From Antedon mediterranea (taxonomy: Eukaryota > Animalia > Echinodermata): a stretch of DNA of 64,000 nucleotides. The DNA is taken from the NCBI RefSeq assembly GCF_964355755.1, contig NC_092677.1, forward strand, positions 6,284,101 through 6,348,100. Direction: 5' to 3'. Shown here one piece after another: positions 1 through 14,700 of the stretch (within the stretch, counting starts at the first letter, position 1; every line of letters starts with the position of its first letter). The notes below the pieces were generated by a model, which searched no databases, was not told where the DNA came from, and worked only from the letters and a program-made list of their open reading frames with translations. The position numbers were made by a program, and so were the translations under genes.

Positions 1-404
1 GCACCTTCAAGTAATTCTAATTTTTTAAACTATATCCTATTTCTACTATAAAATTCGTAAAACGAATGAGAACGTAAAACTCTGCCTACACTATCAAATT
101 AGTTTGACAACAAAAAATTTGGTGTGCCCAAATATAACATTTTTTTGTCACATAAAGATTGATAGTGTAGTCCGTACAGCAACACACACTTAATCAAAGT
201 ATAAAAGCCAAATATCAGCAAAACCATTTATTTTATTACGCAGTGAGAATATTCATCGCAATCAAGTAAAATATTGTATAATGGTTAGAACCTTGTGCGT
301 AGGCCCTAATGTTAGGCCTATTTATAGAAAGCATGATACGTAATTTTAAAAAGAGAGGCGCCAGCTGGACGGACGTATTGTTGTGGACTTATACAGATAT
401 CAAT

Positions 405-668
405 ATGACCGTTGCACAATCCATGGAAAGCTGAAGTCCCCAGATAACACGATGGCCATTATTAATTTGTGCTGGAAATTCATTCAATCATGGACTATCA
501 TTAAATGTTCTGTAATGTTGTTTTTTATGCTTCTAATTTTTTAAATATTTAATTTGTTATGGCCGTTGAACATGGGAAGCTGAAGTCTCCAGATAATAAG
601 ATGTCCATTATGTAATTTATGTGCTGGAAATTCATTCAAACATGGACAAACAATGTTCTGTAATGTTG
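405..668. repeat. Degenerate tandem duplication, ~150-bp period
   Basis: catgg(a/g)aagctgaagtc...gtgctggaaattcattcaa...aatgttctgtaatgttg occurs twice. Confidence 0.75.
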
Positions 669-3600
669 ATGTTTTTGTTTAATTATTCAACATTTGTTTT
701 GTATTATAAAAAAAAAAAAATGTTCTAAGAGCAATAAAATCATAATCAATGTTAACGTAATTAAAAACGATTATAATTTCAGTTCAATAATTCACAATGT
801 ACATAGTTAAAGAAGGTTATAACAAGTTAATAACTCAATGAGAAATAAAAAAGTCGAGTTTCAATGAATGTTTGTATATTAAGTTTTATATCCCTATTAT
901 ATGTTGTTGTAAATATTCCCTCCATGACGGTTTACGCTATTGAGGAGAATCAATTTAATTATTATAGTAAATATATTTACAAACAAAACATTAACAAAAA
1001 TATACATACAAATGTAGTAGATCTATACTTGATTGAAGGTAATTATAACGGTCACGTGATAACGTTAAAAGTTACGTAATATTATTATAGGAAGAAACAT
1101 ACTGAGGTTCATTTGATATTGCATTATTATTATTTATGCGATTTACTGATTCAGTCCATAGTGAAGACGCGCCAAGCAGATTATGCGAAAGTAGGCCTAC
1201 AAAATTAGGTAGGCCTACATTGGTTTTAAACTTGTTATGATAATATCTCTGTTTTATCATCAAAGAATTTATTTCTCCCTATTGGATCCCCTTTGGTCAG
1301 TGATCCCTTCGAATTTTTACTGGTTTCGCATCGTTTACAACAGGTGTGATGTGTAAAATTCTTAGCATTAATGGATCGATGACAGACTAAAGATATTCAC
1401 GGTTCTCTAAACTAAGAGAAAATTATGTTTACCAAATGCTGCTTTGACACCAACGAAATTCAATTGACACTGATGTTACGTGGAATCGTGGTCCCTTTTA
1501 CTCATATATTTCCTCCTCTCTTTTGTGGCGTGAACTATCAATTTGATTGATTTAGGCCTAATAATTAACAATCATGATCAATAAAATTGTTTAATTCAAT
1601 CTGATATTCTCATATTATGTTCTTGTTCGTCTTTCTTTTCTTGATTTCGTTCTTATATTTCTCTCCTATTCCCTTTCAACACTCTTTAAAATTGTGATAG
1701 TTCTTTACAAATCATGGTTTAATTTTTCAGACTATAAAAACCGCGCGTGGATTGAATTAACACAAAGTACACGCTATAGACTTGTTAGTTATGACACGCC
1801 ATGTATGCCAAATGTTTTTCTTCAAGTAAATCGCCATCTCAAATTATACTATCGACGTTTATATATCCCTGAATGCACATTTGTCATTTTACTGTTCAGT
1901 TTCTGTTCTGAAAATAGAATGAATTTGATATACCATTATTACTTGACAAAATAAAATTTTACTAAGTTAGTACTTGTTTTTTGTAGTAATGTATATTTAC
2001 GAATGTAGACCTCAATAGAATCACGTTTGATTGAAATTCATATCACAATGTTTTCAAAACATTAATATCGTTGATAGACTTGACACGTCAATACACTTGA
2101 ATGAATGCCAGGGTTATAGACCTACTATTATTTATATTTTAACAAGAGTTGTACCTATAAACATTTTCCCCAGAGGAACCAATGTAGGCATGTCTATCTA
2201 TAAGGGTTACAACTACAATTAATCCATGATCTCAGCAACGATATGTTGCTCCGCGTGAGGTGCGTATGTCATAATTAATATAACATTTACATGATTTCAC
2301 CTGTGCTCTAGTTCACCCCGTCTCCCTTGAGGACATGTGGGGATCGGTAACACATGACTTGATGGTATCATAGGGCGGTAATGATGCTAGAGATGAGTTA
2401 AATCTGAGTAGAAATGAAGTTCTTTGTAGAAGAACCTTTACTGAAAATAGTAATTTAATTATAAATTAAAAACAAATGAAATACCAATTAAAACCCGATG
2501 TCTGACGGATTGAATTTAAATTGCTTGTATTTCCAAAGTTAACCATAATAGCCCTGGCGATTATATCTTTCTTCTGTGCCGTTTTTTTTTCAAGAGCATA
2601 CTAAACAGGGTCGAAATAAAATCGATCAGGTTGGCTACGTTCCGAATTTAATAAGAGCATCCAGTCCATCGCATAAGGTACCCTGGAGGTTTTATTCGTA
2701 TGATCTGCAAACCTTGTTTCTCATGATGCGTTTCCTCCATATGACGTAATGCGATGAACGAAAATACATCGCGTGTGATTGGTTAAATTACTTGCGTTAT
2801 CCATAAGTTCTTCCATTGCGTCTTAATTGCGTAAAAAGATTCGTTGCACGTATGTCCCAAGGTTCTGTAATTAGAACATTAACAACAGAAAGAATATTTC
2901 AATGCAAAAGATATATAGTTTAGTAGGCTACTTTTAAAAGTATAATAATAATGCCCGTTTTTATCCTCTGAGCAGGCCCCCGTAAGCTCAAGGCAACTGG
3001 ATTTATTCGGTGAGCGCTCATAGCCTTGAACTTGAATGTTTAGGCCCTCATAACGCTCATTTCAAAATCATGGATCACAGCACTTTATTAACATTTGTAG
3101 CAACCTCATATTTCCAAATCTGCCATTGATGACTTTTGATTATGGCACCATCAAGACTTACAGTACCTAGTTACCGGATAAAGGTCGGTAGTTACTAACC
3201 ATTGAAGTTAGCCCTAATGTTGTACCCGCGTACAAAAGTATAAGCTTTAATAACGGGGATGGTAAAAAGTAGGCATGTTCTGTCTGATCCGTTTGATCTG
3301 TAATCGATGGGCGTCATTTCCTATAATTATTATCCACAAGTGTTCTGAGTAATGATTTCCATAGAACTGTTTCCCTCGAGACGTCTCGACACGCCAATAG
3401 GTCAGGTTACGTACTGTGCATAACAGTACAGTTATACTATGGTAGGTACAATGGATTGATGATTAGCCTACTGATAAAAGAGTATGGGTAGAAGTCTAAT
3501 GATGGATGAGAGAGCAGGGGGTCCCTATGCACTTTTTAAGCTTCTTGGAAGTCAATGAAATAATAGAATAATGAAAACGGGAGTAGGCCTATGACATGGT

Positions 3601-4872
3601 ATCCTAATGGAGTAATGATAGAAGAGACAGTAGGAGCATACAGTTTTTTGACATCGTAGAATGGAGTTAAATAATGAATGAGTGAGTATGGTGCCTACAA
3701 TTGTTAGGCATTGTAGAATGGAGTAATTATGGATGAAAATTACGGGTGCTTGGTAGCCCAATGGAGTAATGATGAGTGTGGAGATTTAAGGGGTGTCTTA
3801 ACTTGTTTTATAAGGTTGGACAGGAACAAATACAAAATGGTGGTACAGTACTAGTACCAGGGAAGAGTAAAATTACTTTAAGTTAATTATTTTACGCTTC
3901 GCTGAAGATACATTAACAATTTTCATTTAAAAAAAAAGAAATTTTTTTTAATATACTTTTACAATAGTAGTAGATAATAATTATTTGCTTTTAATTTGTT
4001 TTAGACAGATTTTTACTTGTTTATTTTAATAACAAATGTACGAGAGTTGGATGTGGGGAAGGAGGCTCATTACTTGATCTAAGTTGGAAGCAGTAACCAC
4101 CATTACTGTTGCTCTGTTTTAATATACCCATTAATATGGTTTTCACGTTTAGAAACAATCACTCTGTGATGAACTTAGCAGTATTATGTATATGTCAATC
4201 ATCTCTTCATTCCATTTTTTATTTTTATCAATTCGTCACCATTTATGTCAAAGTCTTGACAGTGTTGAAATTATAGCCCTAGGCGATTGAAAACTTGACT
4301 TTCAGAACTTGGAAATTAGAAATGTTACGAATCAATCAGTAAGATTTTAGGTACAACAAGTTTGGAGCAAAACAGGCAAGAAACTGGATATTTGAGCGGG
4401 TATCGTAAATAGATGATTTAAAAAATATTACGTGAAATATAAATGTAGATTTTGCACTGTATTTGATTTGTTTTATGTTTTTTTATATTGAATTTTGTTG
4501 ATATTGTTGACGTGGGTTTGATTCAGCACATCTGTTGATGACAGTTTTCAAAACGTTTGCTTTACCTCGACAGCCCCGTTTAACTTTTTTGTTTCTGATT
4601 GTTGAAAGATTGAAAATAAATAATAAATAAACGTGATTTTACAAAAATAATTTTCAGTAATGGTATAATATTAAAGGTTAAAATAAAAAAAAAACAACCA
4701 GAAAATAAGGGCCAAAGGTAAAAAATGTATAGAGATTGTGTAAGCATTATTATTCATGAAACATTGGATAAATAAAGGTGGTGAACCACAAATGCCTAAT
4801 AATTTTAATTTGCCAAGGAAACGATACGGTAGTCTAGTAAGAACAGCAAAACAAATAATGCTACTTATCTTA

Positions 4873-5033
4873 AGCTATGCCTACACTATCAAACTAGTTT
4901 GACAAAAAAAGTGTGATGTGCCCAAATATAGTGGTGATATGCACAAGTATGGTAGTGATATGACATCATAATGTCCATATATGGGCACATCACATTTTGT
5001 TGTCACATAAAGTTTGATAGTGTAGACAGAGCT
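4873..5033. mobile_element. PIF/Harbinger-type MITE (family also at ~80-171, ~9519-9615, ~24106-24226 and in the duplicated units)
   Basis: TIR agct(a/c)tg(c/t)ctacactatcaaact...agtttgatagtgtagacagagct; TTA on both flanks. Confidence 0.8.
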
Positions 5034-5298
5034 TTATCTTAATATCAAATATTTGATGATGCTTTTATCAATTATAGGCTATCAGACAATCCAATTTTTA
5101 GGCTAAACATACAAGCAAGCGGGGGTGGGTGGGGGGGGGGGGGTAAAAAATGTATGGAAATTGTGTAATCATTATTATTCATGAAACATTGGATGAATAA
5201 AGGTGGTAATGAACCACAAAATATAAAACGAATTATTAAAGTTCTATCATGCCTAATATACTTTTAATTTGCCAAGGGAACGATATCCTAGGTCTTAC

Positions 5299-5540
5299 TT
5301 AATAATAATAATAATAGTTCATTATTATATAGCGCTCTACAAGCAAGCTTCTCTAAGCGCTGAACATTATTACCCCGGTCATTTTTTGGATCAAACACGT
5401 ATGGAAACATACTCCCATAATAATGCAGCTAGTAATCAGCGCAAAGTTGTGTCTTAATCTAACCGGGTACCCATGTATACACCTGGGTAGAGAGAGAAGA
5501 TCAGTAGTCCAACGTCCAACACCCTCACGCCACACGCACT
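5299..5540 (-). mobile_element. SINE remnant with L2-like 3' tail
   Basis: Minus strand: ctctctacccaggtgtatacatgggtacc core, agcgcttag...agcgctatataa end, (ATT)n tail. Confidence 0.6.
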
Positions 5541-5867
5541 TACTTAACTATGAAAAATACTCTCTGATTTATTAAGTATTGTTTGCATACTTCAATGCTA
5601 ACAATATTTATTAGAACAACGGAACATTCCTTCAAAACAAATAATGCTATACTTATCTTACTTATTATTATCAATTATAGGTTATCAGACAATCCAATGT
5701 AGGCTGAACATAAATAATGCTATACTTATCTTACTTATCAAATATTTGATGACGCTCTTATATTATTATCAATTATAGGTTATCAGACAATCCAATGTAG
5801 GCTAAACATACAATATTAAAAACAACTTACGATGTTTTAAAAATAAAACAAAACATACACAACTTAC

Positions 5868-6103
5868 GGTAAAGGTGAGTCCCGTGTTCTCTGAACGTAG
5901 GGGAATGAGCTGTTAGGAGCTCATTGTACTAAGCCTCTGCATTATGTGGTAGGGTGGCCAGTTCCTTTCCACGCCGCCTTTTTTCTCCATAGTATTTTCA
6001 ACCAGGTACTCATTACAGCTGAGTGAACTGGGAGTTGTCGGGCATTGAACACGTGTCTATCTGTACGACAGTCAAGTGTCCTAACCACTCGGCTATCCAA
6101 CTC
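5868..6103 (-). mobile_element. tRNA-derived SINE
   Basis: Minus strand: A box tagccgagtggtta, B-box-like gttcaatgcc, core cagttcactcagctgtaatgagtacc, ACCTTT tail; flanked by a 45-bp direct repeat. Confidence 0.75.
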
Positions 6104-6815
6104 CAACTTACGATGTTTTAAAAATAAAACAAAACATACACAATTTACAATAGACAAGTATGATGGGAAGGATAAACAACATAACGAAATATCATATAAT
6201 ACCAAAATAATAACCACAAAAAATAAATACAATACACCTTATGTTGGCGTAACTACAATGAACCTATAATGCACCCTACCCTAGACATTTTTATTTACCT
6301 GAAATAAACAAATCCAAGAGTAAAACAAACAAAAAAATGAATTCAATATCGAAACTTATTTCACGAGTCGATCAATGCTGTAAAGATAAAATAAATACGT
6401 CACATATCATTCAACAGTACAATGTGTTAAAGTCTTGTTTTGAGTGATATTAGTATATAATATTATTCATTGGTATTTATTCATAAAACACAAAAGATTA
6501 AAACATGGCAGCAAAATGCTGAATTGTTTTAATTTAAAAAATATGTATAAAATAGGTTAAAATGACTAAAAATGAAACAATTTCTGCTATAGGTAAAAAA
6601 ACCAATTGAACATCAAAATATGTGATGAAGAAACAGTACAACTACGATATTAAAAGGCAAAAGTACAAATTATTCATTGAAAAGTCTAATAAAATATGGA
6701 ACAGGACGGCAAAAATGGCGTTTGGTATCACATTGAGTTTCAACAAATGTGTGTATATGCCTAGTAAAGGAGAAGAGCTGTAAGACAGAGGCTTTTTTAG
6801 TGTTTCAATAAGTGT

Positions 6816-6965
6816 ACCTAAGCGCAGTTCGACCAATTCATCATCGTAGGTTGAACAACCACGGCCCAAAATCATACGACAAGCGCGTTTTTGGACACTC
6901 TCAATGTCATATACTCAGGATGCTTAGTTTAATCCATACTGGAACAGGCCGAACTGCGCTTAGGT
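6816..6965. mobile_element. MITE-like element
   Basis: 16-bp perfect inverted repeat acctaagcgcagttcg / cgaactgcgcttaggt. Confidence 0.5.
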
Positions 6966-8407
6966 CAGCAGGAGTGACACCATGACACTTAAGGGTAGGC
7001 TACGTAATGAGATTTATTAATACCCCTGTAGTTAACATGGGTATCCCATCTAACGTCCGATTAAAAAAACACACCAAGAAGTTAAGCAACAACGGTGATA
7101 ATGCATTAACGAACAAAAAGATTTTCCAAAATCAAAAATCTTTTTACTTAAAATATACTGAATAAAAGTAAATGATTGCGGTTGTTTTCTTTTAATTCTT
7201 TAAAATTTATTGAGAGGAAAACCTACTTACCCTATATGTTTGGCCCCGTTACACCGAGATAACTGTTTTAACCTAAGCGAAACAATAGTTTAGCTTGTTA
7301 ATATTGATTTATTGAAATAAGTTTTTTTTGTTTAAACAATCTTGGCCGTGTTAGCCTAATAAAGCTACAGTGTTAGTTAAATTGAATTAAACTAGTTCAG
7401 TGGTACATTTCTACTGATATATAGTAGAGCCGCCCATAGCATGTCGAATAACTGAATTATTTATTGGGGAAATATATAAATCGTATGTAAGGATACGAAC
7501 ATTTCCTTCATAGTTAGAATAAATAAAACATGCCAGGCGGATAACTGAGCTTCAGAAAGGTTAAATTGAAGCCCATATTATAGAAAGCCAATTTAGCCAA
7601 TGTGCTACACAAAACTCACATTCAGAGATAATTAATTTTATCCCATTACGTAAATTGATAATATAATAGTATAATATAACCATATTGGATCATTCTTTCA
7701 TTTTATTTAATTAGTACCATGACAATAACTGGAACATGCTATGTAAATTAATGTTTATTATTTTATTATACTATAATAATTTGGTTCATGACTGTTTAAT
7801 CAATTTATGCCAGGTATGTTAAAGATCAGGGTTAATGATCACCCACAATTTTACTGTAGGCAATTATGACGTCATTGTTGTAGTATATTAAGGTCAGGGT
7901 ATGTTATCCTAATCATACTGATCAATATTATTTCCTATTGGGTCTATAGATAGTTTCGAGCCTAGGTACTTGAAAGGGGTCAGGTCAGGCAGACGACCGA
8001 ACCTACCTTTTACCCAATAGAAATCGGTTATTGTTTATTATAGTATCAATAAAAGGAAAGAGGAGTTGTGTTTACTATTAATATATGCATCCAAGTTAAC
8101 TTATGTACATCGTTAGAAAGGGAAACAATACATATTACCGGATCACTAGATTGGTAGACGCACACATTGTATCGGATCGTAAGTACTTCAAGAATTTTAG
8201 TCATAGTTTTATTTTGGGTAGGCCTACGGCAGACCTACTTAACACGCCCCAATCATTTTCAACATTTAAAGTAATAATTAATTAATGTGTCGTGTCGTAA
8301 CATTATATCTCAGGTTTTTTTTAGTTTGATTTGACCCTTTTGTGGGAAAGCTCTGATAAAAGAGAGTCTGATCTACTACCACTGACACTGGTCATCTACT
8401 GGAGACA

Positions 8408-8738
8408 ATGGAATCAGAAACATCATCCGTAGAACTGACACGCATGACAAACCTCTATCCAGATCTTCCAAACAAAAACGAAACAAATGGGATAGTCGAT
8501 CCTTTAGAACATGAACAGCCGGATGTAGAAGATGTAGAACGGTATCCAAAAATAAACGGTCAGGAGGAGAGTAAATATATAGATGGTTTTGGTGTTTCTG
8601 AACATGAAGGACACACAGATGGCGTTGAAAGAGAAACGTGGGGAAAGAAGATGGACTTTTTACTATCTGCCATCGGATTTGCAGTAGACTTGTCAAACGT
8701 ATGGAGGTTTCCGTACTTGTGCTACAGAAACGGTGGAG
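8408..8738 (+). CDS. SLC6 transporter coding exon 1 (N-terminus, TM1)
   Basis: ATG at 8408; [13 protein letters not shown]...NGG; donor G|GTACAT at 8739. Possible upstream acceptor at ~8313, implying a non-coding first exon that I did not locate. Confidence 0.9.
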
Positions 8739-11700
8739 GTACATTATAGTTTTTTTTAACTTTTCATTTAAAAAAATGATATTAGGAGCAAATGTAAATA
8801 AATCATCAGTTGTTTATGTTTTGTAATATAGGTTACTTATCGCTTGAGCTAAATATGTCAATACCCACTTTACCCTTAGTAAAATGAACTCGCCGTACAA
8901 AGTTGCAGGTGCAAAAATAATTTATCAACTGAAATTAGATATTCGACAACAACAAGCAGATATCGATACCATTTCTTTTAAAACAAACACCTTTTCGATA
9001 CAAGACAGGACCAAAAACAGGTTTTTTATTTTACCTCATAATTGTGAAAACATGGGTATGTTGTTAAATAATAAAAAAAAAATTGTGAGTGATGTATTTC
9101 GAACACATTATTTTGTTTGTTTAGGCACAAAGTAACTTCAAAAGAAAATTGTTTAATGTTTGAATAGACATCATTCATCTTTAGTTTAACATATGAAAGA
9201 TAATTAAATCTAAGATCAGAAAGTTTTCCAGAGACCCTTCTCAACACTTGATCCCTCATTCAAGGATTTCTTAGTTATTTTTTATATATAGGTTATTTTC
9301 ATCTTCAATCTTTCCTTCTTTGAAGCAAATGTGTAGTAGGCCTACAATATCAAAATAAAAAAACTAGGACAAGCTATTCTCGAAAATACGAGATTAATTT
9401 ATAACACTCCCAAAGCTAGAATCCGAAAACAAACCAAAAGGTCCAAAATGATCTCAAAATGTATACTTATTATTTAAACAGAATTTTGAAACGTTGCAGG
9501 CCAGCTTTGTGTTTCTTAAGCTCTGTCTACACTATCAAACTTTGTGTGAAAATCAAAATATTATGTGCCCATAGTTGACACGACTTTGTTTTGTCAAACT
9601 AGTTTGATAGCGTAACAAAACATTAGTTATGTTTTATATTTAAATTATCTATTTTCTTGTAGGTGCTTTCTTAATTCCTTATGTAATATTCTTAATATTT
9701 GGTGGTATGCCATTACTGTATATGGAGATGTCTATTGGTCAATATCATAGAGAAGGTGCTATCAGTCTTTGGAAAATATGTCCTCTTTTTGAAGGTAAGT
9801 GCCATGGTACATAACTTACTGAATAATAAAACTCTATCAGAAATAACGCCGCGTGGTATGGCTCACATTTAGTGAAAATTACTAAAGGTTCAGTTAGTTG
9901 AGGCTATCACTTTCGTTCAAACGGAATATAAATAAACAAATTATATTCAAAATAATATAGTATACTGTATATACCTCAGAAAAGGAAACAGTACGATGTT
10001 CGTACGTTACCGATGTTTACCAGCTAGGCGTACAAAACTAAGCCTAAGTTGGCTAGACCTAAAGACCATCCACGATCGGACGAGGTAGTGCATTGTTTCT
10101 CTCTTTAAAAAAAAATCATAATTTACCATAAAACATACATTTAACACAAGGAATGACATTGTTTAATGTTTTTAAAGTAATATATATGCATTATTTTTAC
10201 AAAATGTCATAACTTGTAGGGAATTGGTCTTTAATTAATTTAATTAATGTGCCAAACATTTCAATATTTTGTAAACTTTATGGCAAATCGTAGCATCTTT
10301 GGGAGCTGTTGGTTTTTAAAATAAAAAATGACAATATTTTTAGAAAAAACATTACGCTATTGTTACTTTCTATGCTACTTTACTGGTTGCTTACAGGCGT
10401 TGGATGGGCTGTGGTCCTGATTGCATTCTACGTAGCGTTCTACTATAACGTCATCATTGGCTGGTCTATTTTCTACCTTATCGCCTCTTTCTCAAAGGAT
10501 CTACCTTGGATTGGGTGTCACCATGACTGGAATACGGACATGTGTTACAATGGAACCGACGGTTACGTTAACATTGGTGGTGATCAAGTGTGGATCAATG
10601 CATCAACGGGAGACTCTTCTGCAAGAGAATTCTGGGAGTAAAGTAACACTTTCTTTTCTCAACCGATATTTTACTTAAAAACATAGGCCTACAATGATTA
10701 AGACATCGTTTTCTAATCTATGAATTTTATTAAGTACAGATTCAAAGAAAGTCATAGCAAAGCCATTGTAAATGTTATTGTCATGCATATGATTAACAGT
10801 AGTAGTTTATCATATATATTTTACCATACACCATGGTGCCAGCGTAATAATACGTACTGGGTCTTTTTTTATACTCTGAAAGTTAATTCTTTCTCCCTCG
10901 TGGGGTTTTAGAGATTATCATCCGGATGATTTAGCAAGGTCAATAACACTATAATACTAGCACTTTTGGACCCTCCTCAATACTTATTTTCTATATTGTT
11001 TTGTATAAAAAATTAAAACTTTGATAAGGCTTTCCGAAGTCGCGAGTCATTGTATATATTATAGTAAAAGTCAGTTAGTTGCTGGTCATGTATTTATCAA
11101 ACAATATAGACAAAAAATGACAATATTGTTTTAAGTTTTCTTATAATATAATAATAGAAGAAGAAGTGTTGGCCTAATAACGTTGTGTTTTAAAAAAATC
11201 TAACTTGGACTTTGGTTAATCCCAGCAAACAATTTGTAGAGTAAACAATTAAAGATATAAAGAAATTCTTTTTTTTTTGTTTATTTAGTAAATAAACGGT
11301 AACAGTGACTTGCGCTTTCATAACATATCCATAATCATTTTATTCATAGTGTACAAACGCTTCTTCGATTATGTACTATCGTTAACATAATAGAGACCAC
11401 AGTTGCACCGTTCGAGATAAAAACTGCAAAATGCTAATATTTACAATTCAGCATCAGCTGATAATGAGATTAATTGTTCTCGCCTGTCATCAATTAATTG
11501 ATATTTCATATTTTAATAGTTTATTCTTTAACATTTTTAGTGGATTAAATAAGTGATTAATAAAATTACATTTTACTTTATAATGTACATTATTATAATT
11601 AGAAAATGGTAATAACCTATAATGAATGTAATAAGCTAAAAGATTCACCTTGAATAAAATATGTTTCGTTTCACAAAGTTTGATATTATTTAAAATATAT

Positions 11701-14700
11701 CCGACTCTGTTGTATATATTAAACATTTTGAAAAGTAATCGCTTGACATTTGATCTAATATATTTTTGTTTCAGCCCGGCAGTACATCACTAGAATCACC
11801 TCTGGCAAACTAATATATGTTTCTATATTTACAGACGAAAGGCATTGCAGATTCATAAGAGTGATGGAATTGAGGACTTGGGAGGGTTGAACTGGCAGAT
11901 GGTTTTGTGCTTTGGCGCTGCACTATCTATTGTCTATTTTACAGTTTGGAAAGGAGTCAAGACGTCCGGAAAGGTGGGTTAAGTGCATGATAAGTTATAT
12001 GATTCAATATTTATTTATCTGACCAACGGCAATAATTGTAGCTTCGGGCGTCAGGGTGTTGAGTAATTGATTAGATGTTTTGCTCTACTCTGACGTAATT
12101 TGTACTTTAGGTCTATACTAAGTAGATTGAGAATACTTTCAAACAAATCGAACCCACGATCACTAGACTGGCATTCATACGTCTAGCTGATGGCTAGGGG
12201 TCAGATTCGCAAGTAAGCAGCGCGTACTGCACCAAGAGGATTTGTTTGTAATTATTGTGGAGAAGATTTGCGTCAGGGTGTTGCCATGGCAAAACATCTG
12301 ACAAATTATTCAAAGTATTTAGAGAGTATATTTTAAAATATTTCTGAAATTTGGTTAATGGAAATTCTGAAATACTGTGTGTTCATTATATTAATCGTTT
12401 TATACTAAATCTGCTTCGTATCCAAAGGGTAGTATACTTGAGTAACCAATTTTGCTTAAATGCATGTTTAGGGAAAGTGAACTTCATGCGGAAAAAAAGC
12501 AAAAAGCACTCGATTATCGCATTTTTACTTTAAAGGTCACTGCCATTACATTTGTCAACTCACCTGCGTTACGCTTACGCTCTTCTTCGCAGGCAAGCGA
12601 TTATACCAGTAGCATATAATCTTTTTCGACGAACTGATTAAACTAAACGAATAATTCGTTGTATATTAAATTTGTTTAAATTATAATTCTAACAGGTGGT
12701 ATGGGTGACGGCGACTATGCCTTACATTGTATTGCTTGTTCTTCTGATACGAGGAGTAACGTTACCAGGAGCTAAAGAAGGTATAACGTATTACGTGAAT
12801 CCTGATTTCAACAGATTAAAAACAGCACAGGTAAAATCATCCAGAGTTATAACAACAGTTGTATCAAAAAAGTTTTTCTTCGTAACCTCACTATTCTAGA
12901 TTAATAATTTCTTTTACTCTCATTGTTTTTTCCCACTAAGGACGCTAAAGCAATTGAGTTGACCTATTGCAAGCGACATATCGAATAGTCCATCGCTTAT
13001 GTTATGTTAAGTCGCGTAAGCTCAGCCAATGTCCCAATGAAGTCAAAAGTAGGTTATTTCTTGGATGTGTTACTATGAATTGAGTAACCTTTGGGCCAAG
13101 TATACACATGTGAATATTTGTGATTTTCAAGTTTACTAATATTCTTTTAGAAAACTTCCTGGCCTCGGCACTGTACACCATTACATGTTAGTCATAAAAA
13201 ATGTTCCCATCTTTAATAGGAAAACCTGCTATAGGCCTAATTGTATTTGTAGACTGGAAGACAATACTAGTGAATACTAGGCCTATAGCAAGTTTTAAAT
13301 TCTTAGAGTTTAAAGTTAACTCCTTTAAACATGCCCTGATGATGTGATACATTTTTGTTGGTGTATCGACTAAAATGAATTTAATTTGTGGGCGTTTTAA
13401 CGACAAGCTGGCTAAGTAGGCCACATTATACGCGTACCTTATACTTATAGTTATGGTTGATTCCAGATTTTCCATTTCAAAATTTTCTTTTTCTATTATT
13501 TCAATAATTTATTATAATTAAATAAAAAGATTATAATTATGTACTTGTTTTGAGTTAAAAATGAGAAAGAAATGTAAGCCTATTTCAGAAGTAAATAGTT
13601 ACGTCGATTGTCATGTGAAAAATAATAATATGGTAAAACAATTACAATTACGATAGTTTTATTGATAAAGGTCTGGGTTGATGCGGCTACACAGATATTC
13701 TACTCTATAGGGGCTGGATTTGGTGTCCACGTTGCTTTCTCTAGCTATAATCCGTTTCACAACAACTGCTATTTGTAAGTTGCATTTTCTATTTCACGTG
13801 TTTCGACGTGAAACAATTTTCACTTTCTTAGTCTCATTTAAAGCATAAGGAGCAGTTAAAAGAGTAATGGCATTAGGTCAGGATTGAAATCTAGACTTTG
13901 GGATTGAGAAGCAAAAACTTGAACTACCAAGCTACAGCTTGATCACTATTAATTAACTTATATTAACGATTTCTTTTTAAACCAAATATTATATTAAATC
14001 AAATAAAATAAAAACATTCAGGGATGTATTTATTGCTTTCTCGTATGTTTCAAGAGACTCACAAACGATATAAGACTTCAGAAAAATACTTTAAGAAAAA
14101 TTCATTACATTAAGTATTCATATCACTAATTTATTAAATACGGTTATCTGTATCATTTTCTCCACAGTGACGCGATGTTAACAAGTAGTATTAACTGCAT
14201 GACGAGCTTTTTATCTGGATTTGTGATCTTTGCCTTTCTTGGATACATGTCAGTAAAGCAACAACGTCCAATAGAAGATGTGGCCACTGATGGTAAGTAC
14301 GGTACCGTACACTAATAAACATGATTTCACCCGATTCTACAGATGTCTCCGCCCCGGATGTACAGTAACTGACAATGTCAGTCATCTAGATAGGCCTACT
14401 ATGTATTATGTATATTTGAACATGTTATGTTTGTTTGGTCGATATGTTATTTCTGTCATTAGGATCGCAGAGATAGGGATAGCATGTATTACAAGTAAGT
14501 GACACCCGGTTAAAGTAGACTCGTATCCAGATGACTGTCAAGAGTCAGTTATAATCTTCCTAGAGACAGCTGCAATTGGGTGATTGTTTTGACTAAATAC
14601 TGTCTTCTGAGTATTCAGTTCATATTGCTCAGAATTTTTACAAAGAAGGCTCTAAATCATTAATGAATTAAATATAAATTTCATTTATTATTGTTTTAAG

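Noticed and set aside
327-434. Possible terminal exon of an upstream gene (tttatag|...MIRNFKKRGASWTDVLLW...MES*)
   Set aside because: Short, with no recognisable homology, and it overlaps a local duplication. It cannot be supported without upstream sequence.
3540-3785. Recurrent aatggagtaat motifs
   Set aside because: Decayed low-complexity tandem repeat with no further structure.
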